Part shown: piece after piece, positions 21,961 to 32,598 of the stretch
How the letters are laid out: every line of letters starts with the position of its first letter
Position numbering within the stretch: position 1 is the first letter of the stretch
NCBI GenBank assembly: GCA_964639965.1
Contig: CAZXGI010000011.1
Location: 1 to 51,069 of the forward strand
Origin: an uncultured Rhodospirillaceae bacterium
Lineage (GTDB): Bacteria; Pseudomonadota; Alphaproteobacteria; Rhodospirillales; UBA2165
Direction of reading: 5' to 3'
Length of the DNA: 51,069 nt
Made by a program: the position numbers and the translations under genes
Notes under the pieces: generated by a model
Database searches by the model: none
What the model was told of the DNA's origin: nothing
The model's input: only the letters and a program-made list of their open reading frames with translations

Positions 21961-22080
21961 TGTGTGGATTTAAGATGAGTTATCTATGGGTTTTTAACAA
22001 AATTTGCAAGAACAAAAAGTAAATTATTTCAAAACATTACTTGATTTAATCATCGTTAATGGTGTTTGTTAGAACCCTAA

Positions 22081-22749
22081 ATGGATGCAAATAAAAGTTT
22101 ATTAAATCTCCAAATTCTTATTTTATTTTTTTTAGCTATTTCTTTTGAAGGAGCTCAAGCAAAACCACGCTGTCCACTTATCACTAATAATATTGGTTTT
22201 TCAGTAACAGTTGTCCCAAAAAATATTAACTACCACTTCGGGACAAGCCAGAACAAATTAAACAAACTTGCTAACAAAAGTTTCAAACAACAAGTTCTTG
22301 GTTTAACATCCACAAAACATACTATTTCTGCTAAAATGACCGGCCAAACAAATAAAATTTCGCGAAGGCTTTATTGCACACAAGTAACCTACGTAGATAT
22401 AACCATAACGGTATTAAATTTAGATGTGTATCTATTGGGAAAATACCCTAGAGGTTCGTGCCAATATAACGCAATTATTGACCATGAACACGAGCATATA
22501 GCCACCTATCAAACCGGTATAAATAATCTAGAACAAACATTTAACGACAAACTATCAAACATGATAGAAAAACTTTCACCGGGAATGGCATCAACAGCTA
22601 AAATTTCTCGAAAGATAGCTTTTAAGAACATGAGTGATAGCATTGCCAGAGTACGATTACCAATTGAACAAGCCATGAAAATCCGTGATAAACAATTAGA
22701 CTCCCCTTTAAACTATAAAATGCTCTCTCAAAAATGTGCTTCGTGGTAA
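22081..22749 (+). CDS. secreted hypothetical protein with an HExxH motif (possible DUF922-like Zn-peptidase)
   Basis: The protein has a signal peptide (LILFFLAISFEGAQA-KP), four Cys residues and the motif IIDHEHEHIATY. No confident family assignment can be made by eye. Confidence 0.6.
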   Translation: MDANKSLLNLQILILFFLAISFEGAQAKPRCPLITNNIGFSVTVVPKNINYHFGTSQNKLNKLANKSFKQQVLGLTSTKHTISAKMTGQTNKISRRLYCTQVTYVDITITVLNLDVYLLGKYPRGSCQYNAIIDHEHEHIATYQTGINNLEQTFNDKLSNMIEKLSPGMASTAKISRKIAFKNMSDSIARVRLPIEQAMKIRDKQLDSPLNYKMLSQKCASW

Positions 22750-22761
22750 ATTGAACACAAA

Positions 22762-25700
22762 TCAGACCTCTTGAACATCTTCGACTCCCGAAACAGCCTT
22801 TAAAGCTTGTGCGATAGCTGGTGATGCAGGAAACCGCCCAGGTAAATCAATAGTAATTTCTTTATTATTAGACATTGAAACAAGTGAAACATTACCATTA
22901 CCGGGTCCTTCACTTCCAAGTATTTCTTTTATATCACTAACAATAGCTGGATCATTAAAATAAATTTTTAGACCCACGATTGCTTTAGCTGACAATTCAT
23001 CAAGTGAATCAATACCATTGGCTAAAATTTTTAATTGCTCCTTATTTTCCGCTGAACCTTTTATGACAATTTTGCTACCCGGCTCTAATAAGTCGCGACT
23101 AGTTGATAATAAATCGGAAAATACAGTGATTTCATAAGAGCTCGATGGATCCGACATCTGGACAAACGCGTACTTGTTGCCCTTAGCTGAAACACGCTCT
23201 TTTTTTGAAATAACCATACCTGCCACCTTAATTGGACCAGATCCCTGTATCTTAGACAATTCAAGGTACGATTTAACATTAAGACGTTCTATAACATTAG
23301 CATAGCTATCTAAGGGGTGAGCCGAAAGATAAAAACCAACCGCTTCAAACTCTTCTTTTAAACGATCACTTTCTAGCCAGTCCTCGGTAATAGATAAAGG
23401 AATTCTAGGAACTGTCTTATCCTCAAACCCAAATAAACCAATTTGTTCACTTTCACGCGCCTGTTGCGCCGCTCCAGCATAACTAACCACACCGCTAACC
23501 GCATCAAACAATTGTTTACGGTTTTGATTTAAGCAATCAAGCCCACCTGATCGGATTAAATTTTCAACTTGGCGCTTGTTGATAATTTTTGTGCCCAACC
23601 TACCAGCGAAATCTTCCAAATTTCTATATTCACCATTTGTCGTTCGCTCTGAGACTAATCCTTCCATAGCCACTTCACCAACGTTCTTAATCGCCGCTAA
23701 AGCATATCGGACAGCACTTTTACTTTCGGCTTTCTCGACGCTAAATGTTACGTTTGACTTATTAATATCAGGAGGAAGTAAATCAATACCCATATGCACA
23801 AGTTCCTGTTTGAACGTATTAAGCTTATCAGTATATTGCATATCTAATGTCATCAAAGCTGCCATAAACTCAACTGGATAATTAGCCTTTAAATATGCAG
23901 TCTGATAAGAAACCACCGCATAAGCAGCAGCATGAGACTTATTAAATCCATAACCAGCGAACTTTTCTACTTGTTCAAAAATTTCTGCTGCTTTTTGTTC
24001 GGGAACACTTTTTGCCACCGCTCCCTCAACAAAATTCTTACGCTGTGCATCCATCTCCGCTTTTATTTTTTTCCCCATAGCTCGTCTAAGTAAATCAGCT
24101 GCGCCTAAAGAATAACCGGCCAATTCTTGAGCAATTTGCATGACTTGTTCTTGATAAATCATGATCCCGTATGTTTCGCGAAGAATAGGCTCTAAATTAG
24201 GATAATAGTAATCTGGTTCTTCATCACCATGTTTACGACGAATATAGCTAGGAATATTATCCATTGGCCCCGGACGATAAAGTGCTACGATTGCTATAAT
24301 ATCTTCAAAACTATCAGGTTTCATACTTCGCAAAATATCACGCATACCAGAACTCTCTAATTGGAATACACCCGTTGTATTTCCCTGGCATAGTAATTCA
24401 AACGTGGAAGGATCATTAAATGGTAAAGTATCTGTTTTAACTTTGACGCCTCGATCCCTTAATAATTCTATGGTTTTAGAAATAACAGTTAGCGTTTTTA
24501 AACCTAGAAAATCAAACTTTACCAAACCAGCTGACTCAACATACTTCATTGAAAACTGCGTAACGGGCATATCAGAACGGGGATCACGATAAAGCGGTAC
24601 CAATTCGTGTAGCGGCCTGTCCCCTATCACTACTCCAGCTGCATGAGTTGATGCGTGTCGGTAAAGACCCTCAAGGCGTTTTGCAAAATCGACAAGCTTA
24701 GAAACACCTAAATCGTTTTTAATTTCTTCTTGCAATGCAGGTTCACCATTGATGGCTTCTTGCAAAGTTACGGGTGCCGTTGGATTGTTCGGTACTAATT
24801 TACAAATACGATCCACCTGGGGATATGGCATCTGAAGGACACGCCCGACATCCCTTAACGCGGCCCTAGGTTGGAGCGTTCCAAAAGTAATTATCTGAGC
24901 TACACGATCATTACCATATTTGTCCTGAACATAACGGATTACTTCATCACGCCTTTCTTGGCAAAAATCAATGTCAAAATCAGGCATTGAAATCCGTTCG
25001 GGATTCAGAAAACGCTCGAACAATAATCCAAATCGAATTGGATCAAGATCAGTGATTGTCAAAGCCCAAGCTACAACTGAACCAGCTCCAGACCCTCGAC
25101 CCGGACCAACCGGAATGTCACGTTTTTTTGACCATTGAATAAAGTCGGCAACAATTAAAAAATAACCGGAAAAACCCATAGTTTTAATAATAGCTAATTC
25201 GTGGTTCAAACGTTCCTTATAATTATTTTTAATACTTTTTTTATTAGCTTCATCCATTTTTTCGTTATAAATTTGATTTTTTAGACGTTTATCAAGGCCT
25301 TCACTTGAAAGAGTCCGCAGCACTTCATCATCCGATAAATTACCATTCTCTTTTTCGCGAGGAGCTCTAGGCAATAAAGGATCGCGTGCCTCAGCCATCA
25401 CAGAACAGCGCTTAGCAACTATAATTGTATTATCGATAGCCTCGGGAAGATCAGCAAATAGAGAACGCATTTCAGATGGAGTTTTAAAACGATGTTCGAG
25501 CGTTAATCGTCTGCGTTTGGACTGATCTACATATGCTCCTGCCGAAATACAAATTAAAGCATCGTGAGCATTGTAAAAATCTTCAGTATTAAAAAAACAT
25601 TCGTTTGTTGCGATCAAGGGCAAGTCATGTTTGTACGCTAGGTTTATTAGGGTTCCTTCTATTTTTTTTTCTATTTCCAAATTATGGCGTTGTATCTCGA

Positions 25701-26247
25701 TGTATAGCCTATCATTATAAATTTTTTTTAATGTAATAAGTAATTCTTCCGCTGCGTCATATTTACCTTCCCCAAGTAATCGCCCTATCCCACCTTTGGG
25801 CCCTCCCGTTAGAGCGATGATCCCTTCGTTACAAAGACCCAAAGATTTGATCGAAATGCGAGGATCACCATTTCCATCGGGCATAAGATGATAATCGCTT
25901 ACAAGTTTTAAAATATTTTTATAGCCAATATTATTTTTTGCCAGCAAAACAATTTGATCAGGATTTTGTGTTGCAGCTTGAAAATTCTCCGACTTAACGT
26001 TCTCATTATCAGGGATAGGCTGAAATGCCGTGACATCTAATTGAGTACCTATGATTGGCTGAATACCTGCATTGAGACACTCCGAAGAGAACTCAAGTGC
26101 GCCAAATAAATTACCTGTATCGGTAATCGCCAAAGCGGGCATCCCTAACTCTTTGGAACGAGCAACGAGGTCTTTTATTTTTAAGGCTCCCTCGAGGAGG
26201 GAATAACTCGAATGAACCCTGAGATGTATGAAATCAGCATGAGACAT
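22762..26247 (-). CDS. dnaE: DNA polymerase III alpha subunit
   Basis: The 1161-aa protein starts with a PHP domain (FIHLRVHSSYSLLEGA). It also has PDFDIDF, a FNKSHAAAYA finger region and an OB-fold C-terminus. Confidence 0.96.
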   Translation of the reverse strand: MSHADFIHLRVHSSYSLLEGALKIKDLVARSKELGMPALAITDTGNLFGALEFSSECLNAGIQPIIGTQLDVTAFQPIPDNENVKSENFQAATQNPDQIVLLAKNNIGYKNILKLVSDYHLMPDGNGDPRISIKSLGLCNEGIIALTGGPKGGIGRLLGEGKYDAAEELLITLKKIYNDRLYIEIQRHNLEIEKKIEGTLINLAYKHDLPLIATNECFFNTEDFYNAHDALICISAGAYVDQSKRRRLTLEHRFKTPSEMRSLFADLPEAIDNTIIVAKRCSVMAEARDPLLPRAPREKENGNLSDDEVLRTLSSEGLDKRLKNQIYNEKMDEANKKSIKNNYKERLNHELAIIKTMGFSGYFLIVADFIQWSKKRDIPVGPGRGSGAGSVVAWALTITDLDPIRFGLLFERFLNPERISMPDFDIDFCQERRDEVIRYVQDKYGNDRVAQIITFGTLQPRAALRDVGRVLQMPYPQVDRICKLVPNNPTAPVTLQEAINGEPALQEEIKNDLGVSKLVDFAKRLEGLYRHASTHAAGVVIGDRPLHELVPLYRDPRSDMPVTQFSMKYVESAGLVKFDFLGLKTLTVISKTIELLRDRGVKVKTDTLPFNDPSTFELLCQGNTTGVFQLESSGMRDILRSMKPDSFEDIIAIVALYRPGPMDNIPSYIRRKHGDEEPDYYYPNLEPILRETYGIMIYQEQVMQIAQELAGYSLGAADLLRRAMGKKIKAEMDAQRKNFVEGAVAKSVPEQKAAEIFEQVEKFAGYGFNKSHAAAYAVVSYQTAYLKANYPVEFMAALMTLDMQYTDKLNTFKQELVHMGIDLLPPDINKSNVTFSVEKAESKSAVRYALAAIKNVGEVAMEGLVSERTTNGEYRNLEDFAGRLGTKIINKRQVENLIRSGGLDCLNQNRKQLFDAVSGVVSYAGAAQQARESEQIGLFGFEDKTVPRIPLSITEDWLESDRLKEEFEAVGFYLSAHPLDSYANVIERLNVKSYLELSKIQGSGPIKVAGMVISKKERVSAKGNKYAFVQMSDPSSSYEITVFSDLLSTSRDLLEPGSKIVIKGSAENKEQLKILANGIDSLDELSAKAIVGLKIYFNDPAIVSDIKEILGSEGPGNGNVSLVSMSNNKEITIDLPGRFPASPAIAQALKAVSGVEDVQEV

Positions 26248-26427
26248 GTCTGTAAGTCTTTCACGATTCTATGAGTAAAGTCACTCATTAATAGCAAATA
26301 CTATTATATTTGTTTATAAAACGATTCTTTTGGATAAGTAGACAAGCCTTAGGATTAAAACAGTAACCCGGAAAATATGAAAAATAATTTTTTTCTGAAT
26401 TGTCGGTCATATAACCCCTAAGAACCC

Positions 26428-27108
26428 TTAGGCACCAACTAATAAACCCCCTTCCAACCGTACGATCCGATCCATACGGCTTGCAAAGTCGGAATTGTGT
26501 GTAGCAATGAGGGCTCCAACTCCAGAATCATGGACGAGATCAGCCATTAATTGAAATACAGAATCTGCTGTAATTGAATCTAAATTTCCGGTTGGTTCAT
26601 CTGCTAAAAGGACTGTCGGTTTATTGGCCATAGCACGGGCGATAGCAACGCGCTGTTGTTCTCCTCCAGATAATTTAGCTGGCCTATGACTTGCCCTATT
26701 TGATAAGCTCAAAATATCTAAAAGAAAATCTGCCCGCTTATTCGATGTTTTTTTGTCAACCCGGGAAATTATCTGTGGAATAATGATATTTTCTTTAGCC
26801 GAAAACTCAGTAAGCAAATGATGATATTGATATACAAAACCAATTTCTTTTCGGCGAATGCCTGTCACACGATCATCATCTAAATCTTTTGTACTTACAC
26901 CATTAATAAGAATCTCACCAATACTTGCTTGCTCCAGCAGTCCTGCAATCTGTAATAAGGTTGATTTACCCGAACCTGACGGACCCACCAAAGCTACAAT
27001 TTCACCCGATCTTAATTCAAAATCAATTCCCCGCAAAACTTCCAAATGTGTTTCACCTTGGTCAAATTTTTGCACGATCCCTCGTAGTTCTAAAACCGTA
27101 TTATTCAT
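26428..27108 (-). CDS. lolD: lipoprotein-releasing system ATP-binding protein
   Basis: The protein has Walker A ([11 protein letters not shown]), the ABC signature ([14 protein letters not shown]) and Walker B ([11 protein letters not shown]). It overlaps the permease gene by 8 nt. Confidence 0.88.
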   Translation of the reverse strand: MNNTVLELRGIVQKFDQGETHLEVLRGIDFELRSGEIVALVGPSGSGKSTLLQIAGLLEQASIGEILINGVSTKDLDDDRVTGIRRKEIGFVYQYHHLLTEFSAKENIIIPQIISRVDKKTSNKRADFLLDILSLSNRASHRPAKLSGGEQQRVAIARAMANKPTVLLADEPTGNLDSITADSVFQLMADLVHDSGVGALIATHNSDFASRMDRIVRLEGGLLVGA

Positions 27109-28345
27109 AACGTAAGGCTTCTACGGGATCCAGACGCGCAGCTCGCCAAGAGGGATAAATTGTAGCTAAAAAAGAAAGGCCTAAGCCCATTAAGACTACC
27201 AAAGTAACTTCCTTGGGATCTATAACTGCGGGCAGTTTTGAAAGAAAATAAATTTCTGCAGCAAACAGGTCCGTGTCCGTAAAACCCTCTAAAAATTGAC
27301 GTATCTTTTCTATATTAACTGAAAAAGCAACCCCAAGTCCAAACCCTGCAAACGTTCCAATCGCACCAATACTCGCTCCTGAAATCAAGAAAGCTCGCAT
27401 AATCATTGCACGAGTAGCACCCATAGTACGAAGGATCGCTATGTCTCTTCCCTTATCTTTAACAAGCATAATTAAACTTGAAATGATATTAAATGCTGCA
27501 ACTATAATTATTAGTGTCAAAATGAGAAACATTACGTTTCGTTCCACTTGAATTGCATTAAAAAAACTAGCATTTGATTGTTGCCAATCAAAAATTCGCC
27601 CCTTATTCCGAATAGAGTCCGAAATTTTAATAGCCATCACAGATGCTTGATGAGGTTCTTTGATAGTTATATCCAAGTAGCTAACTGCTTCTGGATATTT
27701 AAAATATATTTGAGCTGCCCTCAAAGGCATAAAGATAAAACTACTATCATATTCATGCATCCCAACTTTAAAAATCCCAACCACTTTATATGATTTCATA
27801 CGTGGAACCGTGCCAAAAGCAGTTACATTACCTTTCGGTGAAATTAACAATATTTTCTCATTAATCTTCAAGTTCAATTTCTGGGCCATGCGATAACCAA
27901 GAACGACCGAATTATTTCCTTTAAATTGGTCAAGAGAACCCCACTCAATATTATTGGCCAAAATCTTGCGAGCCTTAATATCAGTTTGAGATAATCCTCT
28001 AACCACAACTCCTTTAGCTTGATTATTTGCGCTGGCCATTACCTGACCTTCAATCATCGGGGTCACTTTAACTACGCCATTTATCCTTGATATTTGAATT
28101 GATAGATCATTATAATTTAGAAGTTTATGACTATTTCCATAAACGCTTAGATGACCATTCACTCCTAATATGCGTGTCAGCAATTCCTGCCTGAACCCAT
28201 TCATTACTGACATAACAATAATCAATGTTGCAACACCCAGCATAATACCAAGGAGTGAAAACCATGCTATTACTGAGATAAAACCCTCCTGACGACGTGC
28301 TCGTAAATATCTAATAGCGAGCATCCATTCGAAAGAAGAAAACAT
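27101..28345 (-). CDS. lolC: lipoprotein-releasing system permease (LolC/LolE family, single copy here)
   Basis: The 414-aa protein has MacB/FtsX topology, with an N-terminal transmembrane segment, a large periplasmic domain and three C-terminal transmembrane segments. It ends ...[11 protein letters not shown]. Confidence 0.85.
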   Translation of the reverse strand: MFSSFEWMLAIRYLRARRQEGFISVIAWFSLLGIMLGVATLIIVMSVMNGFRQELLTRILGVNGHLSVYGNSHKLLNYNDLSIQISRINGVVKVTPMIEGQVMASANNQAKGVVVRGLSQTDIKARKILANNIEWGSLDQFKGNNSVVLGYRMAQKLNLKINEKILLISPKGNVTAFGTVPRMKSYKVVGIFKVGMHEYDSSFIFMPLRAAQIYFKYPEAVSYLDITIKEPHQASVMAIKISDSIRNKGRIFDWQQSNASFFNAIQVERNVMFLILTLIIIVAAFNIISSLIMLVKDKGRDIAILRTMGATRAMIMRAFLISGASIGAIGTFAGFGLGVAFSVNIEKIRQFLEGFTDTDLFAAEIYFLSKLPAVIDPKEVTLVVLMGLGLSFLATIYPSWRAARLDPVEALRYE

Positions 28346-28354
28346 TATACTATC

Positions 28355-29668
28355 CTATCCAGCTAAATGTTGTAGTGCATCTTCAATGGAAAGATCTTCT
28401 TTCTTACCTGATGCCCTATTTTTTAATTCAATTTTACCTTCTTTTAATCCCCGGGGTCCTACTATTAATTGCCAGGGGAGACCTATCAAGTCCATATCTG
28501 CAAACTTAGCTCCAACACTCTCACTTCGATTATCATAAAGAATCTCTACACCTTGTTCTTGCATTCTTACATAAATTTCGTCGCAAGCAACATCACAGTC
28601 ATTATTACCAACTCGAAGATTTATAATACCGACTTTATAAGGAGACACTGATTCTGGCCAAATAATCCCATTAGTGTCATGGCTAGCTTCAATGATTGCT
28701 CCAACTAGGCGAGATACCCCAATACCATATGAACCCATTTCTAAAATAATATCCTCCCCATCCGGGCCAACAACGCTAGCTCCCATTGCTTTAGAATATT
28801 TATCTCCGAAATAGAAAATATGGCCTACCTCAATACCTCTTGCTGACAAAAGGTTTACCCCTATTTCAGCATGTTTAACTGCATCAGCTTTATCATCAGT
28901 AACTGCATAAAGCGATGTCCATTTATCAACAATAGATTGAAGATCAGAATCATAGTTGATGTCCGAACCAGGTACATCAAAATCAAGAATATCCTTGTGG
29001 CAAAAAACCTCTGACTCTCCGGTTTCAGCTAAAACTAAGAATTCATGGCTTAAGTCACCTCCTATAGGGCCCGTATCGGCTTGCATCGGGATGGCCTTCA
29101 GGCCCATACGAGCAAATGTACGAAGGTATGCGATGAACATCTTATTGTACGAGTTGATTGCGCATTCTTTGTTTAAATCAAAGGAATATGCGTCTTTCAT
29201 CAAAAATTCTTTGCCTCTCATAATTCCAAAACGTGGACGAACCTCATCACGAAACTTCCATTGTTGGTGGTATAGATTTTTTGGCAAGTCTTTGTAGCTA
29301 CGTATCGAAGAGCGAACAATTTCAGTAATCATTTCCTCATTAGTCGGTCCATATAACATTTCACGATCATGTCGATCAATTATTCGAAGCATTTCCTTTC
29401 CATAGTCATCATAACGTCCGCTTTCACGCCATATTTCGGCAGGCTGAATTGTTGGCATCAAAAGTTCTTGGCACCCCGCACGGTCCATCTCTTCGCGTAT
29501 AATTTGTTCAATTTTTTTTAATACGCGAAACCCTAAAGGTAGCCATGAATAAATTCCTGCGCTAGACTGTCGTATCATTCCTGCCCTTAGCATCAATTTA
29601 TGAGAGACAATTTGAGCCTCCTTAGGATTTTCTTTAATTGTTGGTAGAAAAAAATTAGTAAGCCGCAT
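28355..29668 (-). CDS. proS: proline--tRNA ligase (short form lacking the large INS editing insertion)
   Basis: This class II enzyme has [33 protein letters not shown] and a C-terminal anticodon-binding domain. It is only 437 aa. Confidence 0.92.
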   Translation of the reverse strand: MRLTNFFLPTIKENPKEAQIVSHKLMLRAGMIRQSSAGIYSWLPLGFRVLKKIEQIIREEMDRAGCQELLMPTIQPAEIWRESGRYDDYGKEMLRIIDRHDREMLYGPTNEEMITEIVRSSIRSYKDLPKNLYHQQWKFRDEVRPRFGIMRGKEFLMKDAYSFDLNKECAINSYNKMFIAYLRTFARMGLKAIPMQADTGPIGGDLSHEFLVLAETGESEVFCHKDILDFDVPGSDINYDSDLQSIVDKWTSLYAVTDDKADAVKHAEIGVNLLSARGIEVGHIFYFGDKYSKAMGASVVGPDGEDIILEMGSYGIGVSRLVGAIIEASHDTNGIIWPESVSPYKVGIINLRVGNNDCDVACDEIYVRMQEQGVEILYDNRSESVGAKFADMDLIGLPWQLIVGPRGLKEGKIELKNRASGKKEDLSIEDALQHLAG

Positions 29669-29750
29669 GAAGTACCTTAATTTTCTTATTAGTGGAGATT
29701 GTATCCCTGTGGGATCCTATGCAACCTAGGTTGGAAAGTCTATAACCATA

Positions 29751-30158
29751 TTAATTCACGTTAAATATTGAATGGCATCTAGCTTTTAATTCAGCCTCGT
29801 CGCCTTTAGACAGCAAATGATTGTTTAGGAAAACCTTTCCATTCTTAATTTTTAGGGTAGCCACCATCATTTTTGCATTTAGGCCTTTTGTAGTTAGGTT
29901 ATATTTTTCAGCTATATCAATGGCAATGTCAAAAGACACAGCCTCCTGAACTCTTGATTGCCGCTCTCCTGTATAATCAACCGTTTTGACTTTTTTGCCC
30001 CGAACATCAAAGCCAGCTTCATAATTAACGCCAGATTTCGCATGATGTTTCAGTAACGATTGACAATCGCCCAACCCCATTATTACAGACGCCCCATTAG
30101 CATTTGAACCTACTACTGCTACAATACTAAAAATTATTTTGATAAAATAAACACGCAA
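29751..30158 (-). CDS. small secreted hypothetical protein
   Basis: The 135-aa protein has an N-terminal hydrophobic signal-like segment (IIFSIVAVVGSNANG). I recognised no motif. Confidence 0.5.
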   Translation of the reverse strand: MRVYFIKIIFSIVAVVGSNANGASVIMGLGDCQSLLKHHAKSGVNYEAGFDVRGKKVKTVDYTGERQSRVQEAVSFDIAIDIAEKYNLTTKGLNAKMMVATLKIKNGKVFLNNHLLSKGDEAELKARCHSIFNVN

Positions 30159-30262
30159 TCAAAACTGCTCCTTTGAAATCTCTTGCTATAGTAAACACGA
30201 AAATTGTTCTAAAATTGATAAATACGTTCGTTTCAAATGTTTAGTGTAAATCTCAAATATAT

Positions 30263-30805
30263 TTAAATTTTGTTTTTTAGCCAAACTGGACCCAAAGATT
30301 CAATTCTTTTGTAAATCGGACAACTTTCATGATGTGCACCTTTTAAATAACCTATGCTCATCAAAAATTCACCAATTATTTCTTCACCCATAAATTTAAA
30401 ATTTTGCTTAAACTCTTTACACCAATCCTCTTTACTTAGTGGTTTCTTTTGAGACAACCAATTTGCAAAACCACCGTGTGAAAGCCGGATTGAATCAATC
30501 GACTTAGCATTAAAAATTATGGCTCTAATTTTCAATTTATTACGAATAATTGACGAATCACTTTTTAATCGTTCAATATCTGAATTATCAAACTCCGCAA
30601 CTTTATCTACATTAAAATTTTTGAAAGCAGCATTCAAACCCTGGCGTTTTTTCAAAACGACCAACCAAGATAATCCTGCTTGAAAAATTTCTAAAGATAA
30701 ACGTTCAAATAATACTGACTCATCCTCAACAGGAAATCCATATTCCTTATCATGATAAGGACCATGATAAGGATGCCCCGGCGCGATCTCACAATAGTTT
30801 GGCAT
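30263..30805 (-). CDS. tag: DNA-3-methyladenine glycosylase I
   Basis: YHDKEYGFPVEDESVLFERLSLEIFQAGLSW is the Tag signature. The protein is 180 aa. Confidence 0.9.
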   Translation of the reverse strand: MPNYCEIAPGHPYHGPYHDKEYGFPVEDESVLFERLSLEIFQAGLSWLVVLKKRQGLNAAFKNFNVDKVAEFDNSDIERLKSDSSIIRNKLKIRAIIFNAKSIDSIRLSHGGFANWLSQKKPLSKEDWCKEFKQNFKFMGEEIIGEFLMSIGYLKGAHHESCPIYKRIESLGPVWLKNKI

Positions 30806-30909
30806 GCAATAATTTCTACCTATTAATAATTTAAATTAAACATTCGATTATATTATTAAAAAAATTACAAATTGATCCAAAAAAATGAGTGCGTTATTAA
30901 TAGAACAAA

Positions 30910-32598
30910 CTAGATACGATCATTCACTCGGATCAAATGGATTGAAGTTAATGGACGCTTCTTATATTGATCTTTAAAATGACGGCGCACAATGATGCGG
31001 GTCATTTCCTTAACTATTAAATCATCAATAATTTCATCATCGCTCAATAGATTCAACTCAACATTGATTTCATCGGAGATTTTTTTCAACGAACCTACTA
31101 ACTCGCATTCTCTAATTAAACCATATGTTGTTAATTGCGGCATATCCAAAATTTTTCCAGTTCGATCTAGAACTAAACTTAAGACTACCACTCCATTGTA
31201 TAAAATACGATTACGATCTTTAATTACATTACTTTCAAGAGAAATAATTCTTGATCCATCGATGGAAAGACGTCCTACCTGGGCCTCTCCAATGATTTGA
31301 GCCTTATTTGGGGCCAATTTGACTATTGAGCCATTTTTTACAAGAACAGTCTCAGGGACTTGGCATTTATTCGCAATCTCTGCATGTTTTTTAAGGTGGC
31401 GAGTTTCACCATGAACTGGTACGACAATTTGGGGGTGGATGTACTGATACATTTCAATCAATTCATCTTCTGCAGGATGACCTGACACATGAATATCACC
31501 ATTCGTATCATTAATGACCCGTACATCATTTTGGACTAACTTATTCTGTAATCGAGAAATTGATAACTCATTACCCGGAATAATTCTGGAAGAAAATATT
31601 ACGGTGTCTCCTTTGCCAAACTTAATGTAACGATGATTATTGGCTGCGATACGCGCTAGAGCTGCCCTTTGCTCGCCTTGACTTCCCGTGCAAATATAGA
31701 GAATTTGCTCCTTTGAAATATCTAGGGCTTCTTCAACTTCAAGGAAGGGGGGAAGGTCCGTAAGATAACCAGTTTGTCGTGCTGCTGCATTAATTCTCCA
31801 CAATGATCGCCCTGCTAAACATACCGACCGCCCATTAACCGAAGCGGCATCAAATATAGTTTTTAACCGGGCAACGTTAGAAGCAAAACAAGCTACTGCT
31901 ACCTGACCCGAGGATTCACCAATAAATTTAGCCAAGTTTTTTAGGATGGTAGCCTCTGAACCAGAGGAACCAGAAACAAATACATTGGTCGAATCTCCAA
32001 TTACAGCCAAAACACCCTCATCTCCTAGAGACTTCAGCGCATCAAAATCAGAAATTGGCCCTACTACCGGATCGGGATCAAATTTCCAATCGCCAGTATG
32101 AAAAATTGTGCCTAACGGTGAACGAATGATACATGCATTTGGTTCTGGCATTGAATGAGTAAGTGTCAAAAGCTCAATCGAAAACGGCCCAACAACAAAA
32201 TTTCCTTTCAAAGGCACTTCAATTATCTCAATATCTTTAGCACCGTCGATAAATTCAAGTTTCGACCGTAGCAATGCGGACGTGAATGGGGTTGCAAAAA
32301 CAGGACACCGTAATTTATCCCACAAATATGGAACTGCTCCCAAGTGGTCTTCATGTCCATGCGTTAATATAATACCAGCAAGTTGATCCTTCCGCTCGTA
32401 TATGAATTGAGGATCCGGAAGTATAATGTCAATTCCCGGCGTAGTATCATCGCCGAACGTTATCCCCATGTCTATTATAATCCAATTACGATTTTCGGGC
32501 GTCCCAAAGCCATAAAGATTGAAATTCAATCCTATTTCTTCGGCGCCACCAAGCGGAATGAAAAGGAGTTCCTCTTTCATTATTTGACTTTTTATCAT
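30910..32598 (-). CDS. rnj: ribonuclease J (metallo-beta-lactamase / beta-CASP)
   Basis: The protein carries the HGHEDHLGAVPYLW motif and beta-CASP region. I chose the ATG at 32598, which forms a TAATG overlap with the coaX stop. The ORF track extends to 32658. Confidence 0.9.
   Translation of the reverse strand: MIKSQIMKEELLFIPLGGAEEIGLNFNLYGFGTPENRNWIIIDMGITFGDDTTPGIDIILPDPQFIYERKDQLAGIILTHGHEDHLGAVPYLWDKLRCPVFATPFTSALLRSKLEFIDGAKDIEIIEVPLKGNFVVGPFSIELLTLTHSMPEPNACIIRSPLGTIFHTGDWKFDPDPVVGPISDFDALKSLGDEGVLAVIGDSTNVFVSGSSGSEATILKNLAKFIGESSGQVAVACFASNVARLKTIFDAASVNGRSVCLAGRSLWRINAAARQTGYLTDLPPFLEVEEALDISKEQILYICTGSQGEQRAALARIAANNHRYIKFGKGDTVIFSSRIIPGNELSISRLQNKLVQNDVRVINDTNGDIHVSGHPAEDELIEMYQYIHPQIVVPVHGETRHLKKHAEIANKCQVPETVLVKNGSIVKLAPNKAQIIGEAQVGRLSIDGSRIISLESNVIKDRNRILYNGVVVLSLVLDRTGKILDMPQLTTYGLIRECELVGSLKKISDEINVELNLLSDDEIIDDLIVKEMTRIIVRRHFKDQYKKRPLTSIHLIRVNDRI

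Noticed and set aside
22046-22059. TTAA-N6-TTAA motifs resemble CtrA boxes. One is here and another is at 14627..14640.
   Set aside because: The CtrA consensus is TTAA-N7-TTAA and these have 6-nt spacers. TTAA is very frequent in AT-rich intergenic DNA.
26271-26288. A short inverted repeat, ATGAGTaaagtcACTCAT, lies in the dnaE upstream region.
   Set aside because: The stem is only 6 bp and AT-rich. It has no flanking U-tract and no recognisable operator motif, so it is most likely chance.
29722-29733. A perfect 12-bp palindrome, CAACCTAGGTTG, lies between the hypothetical gene and proS, next to a GGATCC site.
   Set aside because: As RNA it could form only a 4-bp stem, and there is no U-tract, so it is not a credible terminator. 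It is a single occurrence with no second copy seen, and short palindromes like this arise by chance.
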